Positions 35,003 through 43,323 of a stretch of DNA of 64,000 nucleotides are shown piece after piece. Position 1 is the first letter of the stretch; every line of letters begins with the position of its first letter. The position numbers and the translations under genes are program-made. The notes under the pieces were generated by a model. It made no database searches and had not been told where the DNA came from. It was given only the letters and a program-made list of their open reading frames with translations. Source of the DNA: Oscillospiraceae bacterium (lineage in GTDB: Bacteria > Bacillota > Clostridia > Oscillospirales > QAMX01). The stretch lies in contig SVLQ01000003.1 in assembly GCA_015067825.1 (NCBI GenBank), positions 35,944 through 99,943 of the forward strand, written 5' to 3'.

Positions 35003-36349
35003 TTACACCTCAATCTGTTCTTTGGCCCAGCCGCAGTCGGCGTAGGTGTTGCCCTCAAAGCTCACTCTGCGCAGCATGGTGGCCGTTTCCGTGCGGGATC
35101 CGCTGAATTTCGACCAGGGGAAGGTCACCGCGCCAAAGGCTTGGGCGCAGCCCAAAACGGAGCTGATGTGTTCTTTTAACGTGTGCCAGGTCGTCAGCAT
35201 TACGCCGAACATGGCGTTTTGTTCGACCGTTTGGATGTGGGCGCAGTAATTGTCGCCGTCGTACCAAGGCGCACCGATCACGTCTCTGCCGCAGTCTTTC
35301 AAAGAGAGCAACGAGGGGACGGGGACGTCGCAGCAATCGTACTGCCAATCCACGAACACCGAGGATTTTGCGGTGGCATTGCGGAGGGCTTCGACCTCGT
35401 CTTTTTCCCCGGAGGAATAGCAATCTTTGAAAATACCTTTCTCCAATAGCATATCCATCCACAGCATCGGCCGCCGTCCTTCGGTCTCGACTTCGTGGGT
35501 CAGGCGGGCGAGATAACCGGGCAGTTCTTGGCGGAGTGCCGGATTTCGGGAGATATAATCGGCCTCATCGCACCCGATATGGATGAACTCGCTGTCGGGA
35601 AACACCTCGTAAAGCTCGGCCCGAACCTGCTTCAAAAGCGAGAACACCCGCTCGGACGAAATGTTCCAAGCCCAACCGTCCGGCGTAAAGAGATGGCCAA
35701 GACGCGGGTTTTGATCGAGCACAACGTGCTTGCCGTAGCACACGCGGGAAGCCGACGCATGGCCGAGCTGGTTAAACATCGGGATAGCTTCGAGCCCAAG
35801 CTCTCGGCATTCCTTGGCCAGCTCCTTTGCCGCTTCTTTGGGGAAAGCGTGCGGCCACGCCAACTCCTGCAGGCAATCGTATTGCAGCATCCCCCAAAAC
35901 TCGAACACGATATGCGTGTACTGGCAAAGAGCCGCAAGACGGGTAAGCTTTTTGATATAGTACAAATCGTTTTCCGGGAAAATGCAGATATGGATCATGC
36001 GGTTGGCGAGCCTGTAATTGCTTTCTTCTGTGACGTATCGGATCTTCAGCGCGGTTTCGTCCGGTTCGATCTTCATCAGCAGCGACAGAAAACCGTGCAT
36101 CAGTCCGCGGTAGTCTTTGCCGACGATCGCGATCCCGCACTCGTCGACGGTCAACGCGTATTCCTTTCCGTCGGGAAGCGCGGGCAACTGCGTACTGCCA
36201 ACGCGAAACGTGGCGTCTTCGCCCGGTTCAAATTCGATTTCGCCGGCTGTCAGCGTAAAGCTGTTCCAAAGCTTTCGGACCGTTTCGTTCTGCATGCGTT
36301 CGTCGGCAACAGCAACGGTTTTGTTATTCAAAAACAGATAATTATTCAT
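35003..36349 (-). CDS. GH20-like glycoside hydrolase (beta-N-acetylhexosaminidase-like)
   Basis: 448 aa. N-terminal EYALTVDECGIAIVGKDYRGLMHGFLSL; EAIPMFNQLGHASA; FIHIGCDEA (D-E catalytic pair position). The canonical HLTDD block is not obvious. Confidence 0.55.
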   Translation of the reverse strand: MNNYLFLNNKTVAVADERMQNETVRKLWNSFTLTAGEIEFEPGEDATFRVGSTQLPALPDGKEYALTVDECGIAIVGKDYRGLMHGFLSLLMKIEPDETALKIRYVTEESNYRLANRMIHICIFPENDLYYIKKLTRLAALCQYTHIVFEFWGMLQYDCLQELAWPHAFPKEAAKELAKECRELGLEAIPMFNQLGHASASRVCYGKHVVLDQNPRLGHLFTPDGWAWNISSERVFSLLKQVRAELYEVFPDSEFIHIGCDEADYISRNPALRQELPGYLARLTHEVETEGRRPMLWMDMLLEKGIFKDCYSSGEKDEVEALRNATAKSSVFVDWQYDCCDVPVPSLLSLKDCGRDVIGAPWYDGDNYCAHIQTVEQNAMFGVMLTTWHTLKEHISSVLGCAQAFGAVTFPWSKFSGSRTETATMLRRVSFEGNTYADCGWAKEQIEV

Positions 36350-36444
36350 CTAAAAGCCACCTCTCGTGAGCCAGTATGTACCGCTATTATAGCACATCGC
36401 CCCCAAAAAGTAAATCAACCGGGATATTGAGAGACGGAATCGTA

Positions 36445-36480
36445 TAAAAAGAGATCCCCGCGCACAAAAGGCGCGGGGAT
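36445..36480 (-). terminator. Intrinsic terminator after the small membrane protein gene
   Basis: CCCCGCGC (36456-36463) / GCGCGGGG (36471-36478), with a T-run on the minus strand. Confidence 0.7.
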
Positions 36481-36484
36481 ACTT

Positions 36485-36904
36485 TCATACGTTATAGAAT
36501 TTAACGTGCCAGATCGCCGTAAAGAGGATGCCGATGGCAAGGAAGATAAGTCCTGTTACCAAAATACAGTGGCTGCTTTGCTTTTTGGATTTGCTGAGCT
36601 TGCGCGCACGGTAATCGGCGTATTTCTCGTGTTTCATTCTGCCCATCGGAATGAAGGTGAGCACAACGTTTCGGAGAATAAACCCAATCCCAAGGAGCGC
36701 GCCTTCGCCGCTGATGTACAGCATGCCGGCAAACAGCGTCATCAGTATGCCGGAAACGAAGAAAGCGTCAGAGAGGATCTGGACGTTTACCGCAGCCCTG
36801 TCCGTGAAGAAGCCCTTCGACCAGATCACGAGGAAGGCGATAAACACCTCGATGCCAACACAAATCGCGTATTTTGTTAACGTTGCTTTGGTTTTATCGT
36901 TCAC
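36485..36904 (-). CDS. Small membrane protein (DUF3899-like?)
   Basis: 139 aa, 3-4 hydrophobic helices. The family call is by impression only. Confidence 0.4.
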   Translation of the reverse strand: MNDKTKATLTKYAICVGIEVFIAFLVIWSKGFFTDRAAVNVQILSDAFFVSGILMTLFAGMLYISGEGALLGIGFILRNVVLTFIPMGRMKHEKYADYRARKLSKSKKQSSHCILVTGLIFLAIGILFTAIWHVKFYNV

Positions 36905-36926
36905 TTTGCTTTAACCATCCGTCCTG

Positions 36927-38195
36927 TTACTTGACTTGCTGCTTGTATCTCGCTTCTTCCGCATCGTTGCACTGCACGAAGTGTCCCGGCGTGATCTCGC
37001 GGAACGACGGCGCATCGACCGAATAATCGTGCTCTGCGATGGGATTGTAGTGGATTCTCGTGCGCTGCTTTTCGTACACGGGGTCGGGCAGGGGGATCGC
37101 GGAGAGCAGCGACTTCGTGTACGGGTGCAGGGGATTCTTGAAGAGCTCGTCGGAATCGGCCAGCTCGACCATCTTACCGAAGTACATAACGCCGATACGG
37201 TCGGAGAAGTATTTAACAACCGACAGGTCGTGCGCGATGAACATAATGGTGAGCCCCAGGCGTTCGCGGAGATCGTTGAGCAGGTTGATGACCTGCGCCT
37301 GGATCGAAACGTCGAGCGCGGAGATCGGCTCGTCGGCGATGATCATCTCGGGCTGCATGACGACCGCTCGCGCGATACCGATGCGCTGGCGCTGACCGCC
37401 GGAGAATTCGTGCGGATAGCGGTCGGCGTGTTCACGCACGAGACCGACCGTCTCGAGGATCTCGTAGACCTTTTCGTTGATGTAATCCTTGTCGGTGATC
37501 CCGTTGATCACGAGACCTTCGGCAATGATATCACGGACGGTCATACGGGGGTCGAGAGAAGCGATCGGATCCTGGAAGATCATCTGGATCTGGGTGATGA
37601 GCTTAGACTTTTTCGCAACGCGGCAGCGGCTTTTGTATTCCTTGTGCAGCGCTTTGAGCTGGGCTTCATCGCCCTTGGCAGCCTCAAATTTTTCGGCGTA
37701 TTCGGCTTCCAGCGCCTTGAGCTGGGCTTCCGCATGCTGCTTGTCAACCTGCTTGCTGTCGGACTTGGCGTCTTTGATCAGCGCACGGTTCTTGGCAACG
37801 GTATCGTCGAGATCCTTTTTGATCTGCTGGATCTCTGCCTGGATGGCCGCTTTTCTCGCAGCATCCTCGGTCTTTTCGGCGCGGAGCGCCTTGATTTTCT
37901 TGGAAGCATCGGACTTGGCGGCAGAAATCGCATCCTGATAGGAGCGGATACCGGCACCGATTCGCTGCCCTTTGAAGTAGACGTTACCGGAGGTTGCGTT
38001 GTACAGCTTGATGATGGATCGACCGGTCGTGGTCTTACCGCAGCCGGATTCACCGACGAGACCAAAGGTTTCGCCCTTGTGAACCTCAAAACTGACGTCG
38101 TCGACGGCTTTCAGGTCTTTGTGGCCCAGACGGAAATACTGGCAAAGGTGGTCCACTTTCAGCAAAACTTCGCGTTTATTCTCCATGGTTGCCAC
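36927..38195 (-). CDS. oppF: Opp/Dpp-family ABC ATPase (OppF-like) with a ~115-aa insertion
   Basis: Walker [10 protein letters not shown]; Q-loop IQMIFQDP; signature [14 protein letters not shown]; Walker [12 protein letters not shown]; C-terminal oligopeptide-ABC domain. Lys/Glu/Ala-rich helical insert at aa ~81-195. Confidence 0.88.
   Translation of the reverse strand: MATMENKREVLLKVDHLCQYFRLGHKDLKAVDDVSFEVHKGETFGLVGESGCGKTTTGRSIIKLYNATSGNVYFKGQRIGAGIRSYQDAISAAKSDASKKIKALRAEKTEDAARKAAIQAEIQQIKKDLDDTVAKNRALIKDAKSDSKQVDKQHAEAQLKALEAEYAEKFEAAKGDEAQLKALHKEYKSRCRVAKKSKLITQIQMIFQDPIASLDPRMTVRDIIAEGLVINGITDKDYINEKVYEILETVGLVREHADRYPHEFSGGQRQRIGIARAVVMQPEMIIADEPISALDVSIQAQVINLLNDLRERLGLTIMFIAHDLSVVKYFSDRIGVMYFGKMVELADSDELFKNPLHPYTKSLLSAIPLPDPVYEKQRTRIHYNPIAEHDYSVDAPSFREITPGHFVQCNDAEEARYKQQVK
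37647..37730 (-). repeat. Internal 21-nt direct repeat inside the OppF insertion
   Basis: CAGCGC(T/C)TTGAGCTGGGCTTC at 37647-37667 and 37710-37730 (1 mismatch, 63 nt apart). It encodes EAQLKAL twice, 21 aa apart. Confidence 0.8.
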
Positions 38196-40407
38196 CTCTT
38201 TCCTTCATTCTCTGAATACGATCGGTGATGATCTTGGGCATTTCAACCTTGGGTGCATTGGGATGGAGCAGCCAGGTTGCGGCATAGTGCGTGGGCGAAA
38301 CCTCGTACATCGGAGGCTGCATCTCGAAGTCGATCTCCATGGCGTACTTGTTTCTTTCCGCGAACGCATCGCCGACCGGGGGATAGATCATGTTCGGCGG
38401 CGTGCCGGGGATCGCATCCAGCTTTTCGTTGGTGTCGAGGTCGGGCATGGAGGAGAGCAGAGCCCAGGTGTAGGGGTGCTGCGGGTTGTAGAACACTTCT
38501 TCGGCAGTGCCGTACTCGACGATCTTACCGGCATACATAACGGCAATTCTGTCCGCCATGTTGGCGACGACGCCGAGGTCGTGCGTGATGAAGATGATCG
38601 AGAGGTTGTGTTCGCGCTTCAGGCGGTTGATCAGTTCCAGGATCTGCGCCTGGATCGTAACGTCAAGAGCCGTCGTGGGTTCGTCACAGATGAGGATATC
38701 GGGGTTCGCGGAGAGCGCGATCGCGATAACGATACGCTGACGCATACCGCCCGAGAACTCAAACGGATACTGTCTGTAACGCATTCTCGCTTCGGGAATA
38801 CCGACCTCTTCCATGAGCTTGATCGCCTTTTCTTTGGCGATTCGCTTGGTCAGCGTGTAAACGATCTGCGAAGCCTTGTCCTTGAGGTAATCGATGATCT
38901 CGATGCAGCGCTTGTCGGCGTCAAAGTTTGCGACGACTTCGAGGTCAGCCGTGAACTTGTTCATAACGCGGGTGAGAACCGAAACGATTGTTTCGATCTG
39001 GAATTCGGGATCGATGACCGACTTCGGAACGACTTTCCAGTCGACCTTCTTGCCCTTGGCAAGAAGGTCCTCGCGTTTTGCGGTCTGACGCGCAAAACGC
39101 GCTTCTTCCTTGGGATTGTTCTTGATATAGAAGAAGTATTTCTCAACTTCTCTCTGGAGTGCACCGCCGAAGGTGTAGGCCACGTTGTCCTTGATAACGG
39201 CCAACGGATCGATCGCCGCGAGAACGCTCTGGTTGACGCTCTTGCAGGTTGCATCCGCTTCTTTGTCAGAGAACTTTCCGGCTTTGAAGAAGCTGATCGC
39301 ATTTTTAAGGGCCTCGATGGCAGCCTTCTTGTTTTCGACGTTTTTCTTAAACGAGTAGAGCACCGCGATCTTTTCGAGCGCGATGAAGGCGTTCATGAAG
39401 TCCTCGTCGAGGAACTTGCCCGCGATCTCGTTCGCTTCGTCGGCAGGCATCTGGCTGAAATCGGTTTCGGGCTTTTTGTAGACGTAGTAACCGATTCTGA
39501 AGAAGTTGTACTGGGGCTGCTCCAGCATTTCCGTTGCCGTTTGCTTCAGCGCCTCGAGCACCTTGACGGTTTCGGGAGAGGCTTCTTTCTTGGCGGCGTT
39601 CATGCCGGCGATCTTCTTAACGCCGTCAAAAACGGAGACTTTCGAGCGCTCGGCACGCATCACGGTGTCAAACGCGGCAGCATGTTCCTTCAGAACGTCC
39701 GCATACTTCGAAACAAAATACTTGTCGTCGATTTCCTTGAGGCGACGGCCGATGAGCTTCATCGTACCCACCACGTCGACCTTCTGCTTCTTCTCGGTGA
39801 GGAAGAGGAGATCTTCAATCACGGCGATCATTTCTTCCGCTGCGGTACGGGCTTCGTTGTAGCTGTTTTCCAGCTTGATCGCCTGAATGTTGAAATCGTC
39901 AAAGGTCTTGATGTATTTTTCGATGTCCGCGACGGAAGCGCTCGCGTTGGGGGTCTCAGCAAGCGCCTTCTTCATCATTTCGGACAGCTCCGCAAGGGTC
40001 GCATTAAACGTGGCGCGGCCTTCTTTGCGGTTGGCCTTGTTTTTCAAGAGCATGGCTTCGGTGATCTGCTTACCGATGCGCATGATGGGGTTCAGAGCGG
40101 AAAGGGGATCCTGGAAGATCATCGCGATCTTGTCGCCGCGGAGCTTGTGCATCTCTTCTTCCGGGATGCGCATCAGATCCTGGCCGTCGTAAAGGATCTC
40201 GCCGCCTTCGAAGATCGCGTTGCCGGCGGAAATACCCATGATCGCCTTCGACGTAACGGACTTACCGGAGCCGGATTCACCGACGATGGCGAGTGTTTCA
40301 CCCTTGTAAAGGTCGAAGGAAATGTTGCGAACGGCCTGAACCTTACCGGCGTCAGTACGGAAAGAGACTTTAAGGTCGTTGACCGATAATTTGACTTCTT
40401 TATTCAT
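38176..40407 (-). CDS. oppD: Opp/Dpp-family ABC ATPase (OppD-like) with a ~400-aa insertion (743 aa)
   Basis: Walker A GESGSGKSV; Q-loop IAMIFQDP; then ~400 aa with no ABC motif; then signature FSGGMRQRIVIAIAL; Walker B ILICDEPTTALD; H-loop ITHDL. Confidence 0.88.
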   Translation of the reverse strand: MNKEVKLSVNDLKVSFRTDAGKVQAVRNISFDLYKGETLAIVGESGSGKSVTSKAIMGISAGNAIFEGGEILYDGQDLMRIPEEEMHKLRGDKIAMIFQDPLSALNPIMRIGKQITEAMLLKNKANRKEGRATFNATLAELSEMMKKALAETPNASASVADIEKYIKTFDDFNIQAIKLENSYNEARTAAEEMIAVIEDLLFLTEKKQKVDVVGTMKLIGRRLKEIDDKYFVSKYADVLKEHAAAFDTVMRAERSKVSVFDGVKKIAGMNAAKKEASPETVKVLEALKQTATEMLEQPQYNFFRIGYYVYKKPETDFSQMPADEANEIAGKFLDEDFMNAFIALEKIAVLYSFKKNVENKKAAIEALKNAISFFKAGKFSDKEADATCKSVNQSVLAAIDPLAVIKDNVAYTFGGALQREVEKYFFYIKNNPKEEARFARQTAKREDLLAKGKKVDWKVVPKSVIDPEFQIETIVSVLTRVMNKFTADLEVVANFDADKRCIEIIDYLKDKASQIVYTLTKRIAKEKAIKLMEEVGIPEARMRYRQYPFEFSGGMRQRIVIAIALSANPDILICDEPTTALDVTIQAQILELINRLKREHNLSIIFITHDLGVVANMADRIAVMYAGKIVEYGTAEEVFYNPQHPYTWALLSSMPDLDTNEKLDAIPGTPPNMIYPPVGDAFAERNKYAMEIDFEMQPPMYEVSPTHYAATWLLHPNAPKVEMPKIITDRIQRMKERGGNHGE

Positions 40408-40409
40408 GC

Positions 40410-41990
40410 TTAATCCTCCGTTCCTCTGAGCGACGGGTTAAACGCATCGCGCAAACCGTTGCCGAACAAGTTGAAGCTGAGCATCAAAAGAACCAGGAAC
40501 ATACAGGGGAAGAGCGCCACATAACCGGCGTCTGCCATGATGGACTGCTGGCCGGCGGCGATCAGCGTACCGACGCTGGTCGTGTTACCGGCTTCGAGGT
40601 TGATAATACCCAGATAGGAAAGGCTGGTTTCCGAGTAGATCATCGAGGGGATGACCAGGGCAAAGCTCGTGACGATCGTACCGAGACCGTTGGGGAAGAT
40701 GTGCTTGAACATGATTCGCGCGTCTCTTGCGCCCAGCGTTCTGGCCGCCAAAACGTATTCCTGGTTCTTAAAGCGGTAGAACTGCATACGCGTTCTGCCG
40801 GCCATGCCGATCCATCCCGTGACAAAGAACGAAATGAACAGAACGAGCACCTGGCTGGACGCGCCCATGTGGTACTTCAGAAGTGTGATAACGATCATCG
40901 AGGGGACAGAGCCCAGGATTTCGGCAAATCTTTCCATGAAGAGGTCGATCTTGCCGCCAAAGTAACCGGAGATGGAACCCCAGATAACACCGACGACGAA
41001 GTTGACGATCGCAACGACCGAAGCAAAAATGAACGAGAATCTGGCGCCGTAGGCGAGGCAGGCGAAGATATCCTTACCGGTCTGCGTCGTACCGAAGAGG
41101 AACAGCGGTTCCGTGATGCCGTCCTGCATGACCTGCGTGTGCTGGTAGATGTAGTATTCGTAGTATTCGGCACGGACTTCGATACCGCCGTCGACCTTAC
41201 GGCCGTAGACGTAGAAGTACTGGTCGCCGTCCTTGAGAATACCGTCTTTCCCTTCAATTCGGAGGGAGTCGTACTCGGCCATCAGGCCGTTTTCGTTACC
41301 GACCGAATACTTCCAGTAGTTGGGGACGATCTTGCCGTTTTCCAGCTTGGGGCGCAGGGTAGCGGCATTGGGGTTTTCCACTTTGTAGTAGATGTTGGCG
41401 TCGTATTTGTTCTTTTCCAGCGTCGGTCTGTCATTGACGTTGACCACCGGATAGAGAACCTGTCTGCCGGTTTCGTTCTGATATCTCTGGATGTCTTTGT
41501 ATTCTTCCGGAGAGATGATCTTGTATTTACCGAAGCCGACACCGAAATAGGTATCGTAGCGGTAGCTGTAGTTGGCACCGTCATCGCTGATGGTGTATTC
41601 GCCGCCTTTGATGATTTCTCTGCCCGTTTCGGTTTCGAGCGCGAGATCCTTGAGGTAACCGATTCGGCTTGTGTTCTTCTCTTTACAGCCGTCCCAAAAA
41701 CCGAGGTCGTTTTCGGCGAAGAAGTTGACCTTGGGGGTCACGTAGGCATAGACCATGTCATAGTATGCGGGCTTGAAGGGGGTGAACAGCGGAGCAATGA
41801 TCGCAAAAAGCACCAGCACGGAAATGACGATGCCGCCGACGACCGCGCCCTTGTTCTTGCAGAAACGCTTGAAAGCGCCCTGGAAATAGCTGACGGGCTT
41901 TGTTGCGAACTTGCTGTCGTGGGACAGGTCGTTTTTGGTCACAAACCGGAATTTCTCTGCGGGGATGGTAATCGTATTCTTGTTTTCCAT
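40410..41990 (-). CDS. oppC: Opp/Dpp-family ABC permease (OppC-like) with a ~200-230-aa extracytoplasmic insertion (526 aa)
   Basis: TM1 at aa ~50-72. A long hydrophilic segment follows, up to LFGTTQTGKDIFACLAYGARFS, then a canonical BPD-transporter core (EAA-like ...LAARTLGARDARIMFKHIFPN). Confidence 0.85.
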   Translation of the reverse strand: MENKNTITIPAEKFRFVTKNDLSHDSKFATKPVSYFQGAFKRFCKNKGAVVGGIVISVLVLFAIIAPLFTPFKPAYYDMVYAYVTPKVNFFAENDLGFWDGCKEKNTSRIGYLKDLALETETGREIIKGGEYTISDDGANYSYRYDTYFGVGFGKYKIISPEEYKDIQRYQNETGRQVLYPVVNVNDRPTLEKNKYDANIYYKVENPNAATLRPKLENGKIVPNYWKYSVGNENGLMAEYDSLRIEGKDGILKDGDQYFYVYGRKVDGGIEVRAEYYEYYIYQHTQVMQDGITEPLFLFGTTQTGKDIFACLAYGARFSFIFASVVAIVNFVVGVIWGSISGYFGGKIDLFMERFAEILGSVPSMIVITLLKYHMGASSQVLVLFISFFVTGWIGMAGRTRMQFYRFKNQEYVLAARTLGARDARIMFKHIFPNGLGTIVTSFALVIPSMIYSETSLSYLGIINLEAGNTTSVGTLIAAGQQSIMADAGYVALFPCMFLVLLMLSFNLFGNGLRDAFNPSLRGTED

Positions 41991-41992
41991 AA

Positions 41993-43000
41993 TTACTTAG
42001 CCCCCATTCTGATTCTAGGGTCAATGAAGCCGTAGCTGATGTCGATAACGATACCGGCGGCCAGGCCGACGAGGGTATAGAAGCCGGACAGCAGCATAAA
42101 GAAGTCGTAGTCCTGGAAGGTGATCGAGTTGAGGTAGAGACCACCGACGCCGTTGATACCGAAGATTCTTTCGTAGATCAGCGAGCCGGACAGAACCGAA
42201 ATGAACTCACTCAAGATCGAGGGGAAGATAACGACCATCGAGTTGCGCATCGCGTGACGATAGATCGCCTGCTTCTTGGTCAGACCTTTGGTACGCGCCA
42301 GAAGCATGAACTCACCGGTCAGAACTTCGGAGAGCTCTGCACGGGTGTAACGCGCGTAGCCTGCGATAGAGCCCAGACACATGGCAAATACGGCGGGGAT
42401 CATGGAACGGAAAACTTCCCAAGTGAAGTAGTCGTTACTCGTCGACATGGTTAGCGGGAACCAACCGAGCTTAAAGCAGAACACGTACTGAATCATAATG
42501 GCCAGAACAATGCCGGGAACCGATATCAACAAAATAATGAAAATATTGATCAACTGGTCTTGCCATTTGTTCTTTTTCAGCGCAGCCAAAATACCCAAAC
42601 CGAGACCGATCGGAACACCGATGAGGGTAGAATAAATGTTGATCAGGATCGTGGGCGGGAGATGGCTGACGAATACCTTCCAGATGTTCATGTTCAGATA
42701 TTCGCCGTAGGTGGTGACGATACCGAAGTCACCTTGGGTCACTATTCTCTTGATATAGGTTACGAACTGGGTGAGGATCGGGACACGGTCATAATCCCAG
42801 ACACCGTTTTCGCCCTCTTGAATGTTGGTAATCCAACCTCTGCCTTCAAGAGTTTTATAAATGATTTCAGGGTCCTGTCCCGGAAGCGCATTCGTGGGGA
42901 TCGGCAGGAGCTTGATCAGCACAAAGCACATCGTGAAAATGATGATGAATGTGAACAGCATCAAGCCCAAACGCTTCGACACATATTTAAACATATACAT
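41993..43000 (-). CDS. oppB: Opp/Dpp-family ABC permease (OppB-like)
   Basis: Likely start is ATG at complement 43000 (MYMFKYVSKRL; RBS GAGGAG 9 nt upstream). The core has ...LARTKGLTKKQAIYRHAMRNS. Confidence 0.85.
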   Translation of the reverse strand: MYMFKYVSKRLGLMLFTFIIIFTMCFVLIKLLPIPTNALPGQDPEIIYKTLEGRGWITNIQEGENGVWDYDRVPILTQFVTYIKRIVTQGDFGIVTTYGEYLNMNIWKVFVSHLPPTILINIYSTLIGVPIGLGLGILAALKKNKWQDQLINIFIILLISVPGIVLAIMIQYVFCFKLGWFPLTMSTSNDYFTWEVFRSMIPAVFAMCLGSIAGYARYTRAELSEVLTGEFMLLARTKGLTKKQAIYRHAMRNSMVVIFPSILSEFISVLSGSLIYERIFGINGVGGLYLNSITFQDYDFFMLLSGFYTLVGLAAGIVIDISYGFIDPRIRMGAK

Positions 43001-43235
43001 AGGTTTTTCTCCTCTGTTTTTGTTGTTTTCCAATTCATATAGTGTTCGAGCCTAAAAAGGAGTTGTCCGTAAAGATCTGTGCGCACTGCCAAAACGACGT
43101 TTAAAACCTGCGACTAATAGTTTTTCTGATTCTTTTGCAGGGGATAACAGGGGATTTGCGACTCTCTATCTTCGTAACAGTCTTATCTTTCACTATGGCA
43201 ATTTTGTGGATTTCCGTGCTCTTTTTAATGTCTAA

Positions 43236-43282
43236 CAATGCCAAACCAGCGGTGAGCAAAATGCTCACCGCCGTTGGCATTG
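43236..43282 (-). other. Strong imperfect hairpin in the oppA-oppB intergenic region (candidate attenuator or mRNA stabiliser)
   Basis: CAATGCCAAaCcaGCGGTGAGCA / TGCTCACCGCcgtTGGCATTG. There is no clear U-tract. It sits within a 290-bp untranslated gap. Confidence 0.45.
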
Positions 43283-43323
43283 GTTAGATAGTTAGATTAA
43301 TCTAAGCAATCAGTTACCTGAAA

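Noticed and set aside
34102-36480. The two similar CCCCGCGC...GCGCGGGG hairpins (34102-34137 and 36456-36478) read as copies of a REP-like repeat element.
   Set aside because: Only the short GC-rich stems are similar; the loops and flanks differ. Both sit exactly where intrinsic terminators are expected after minus-strand genes.
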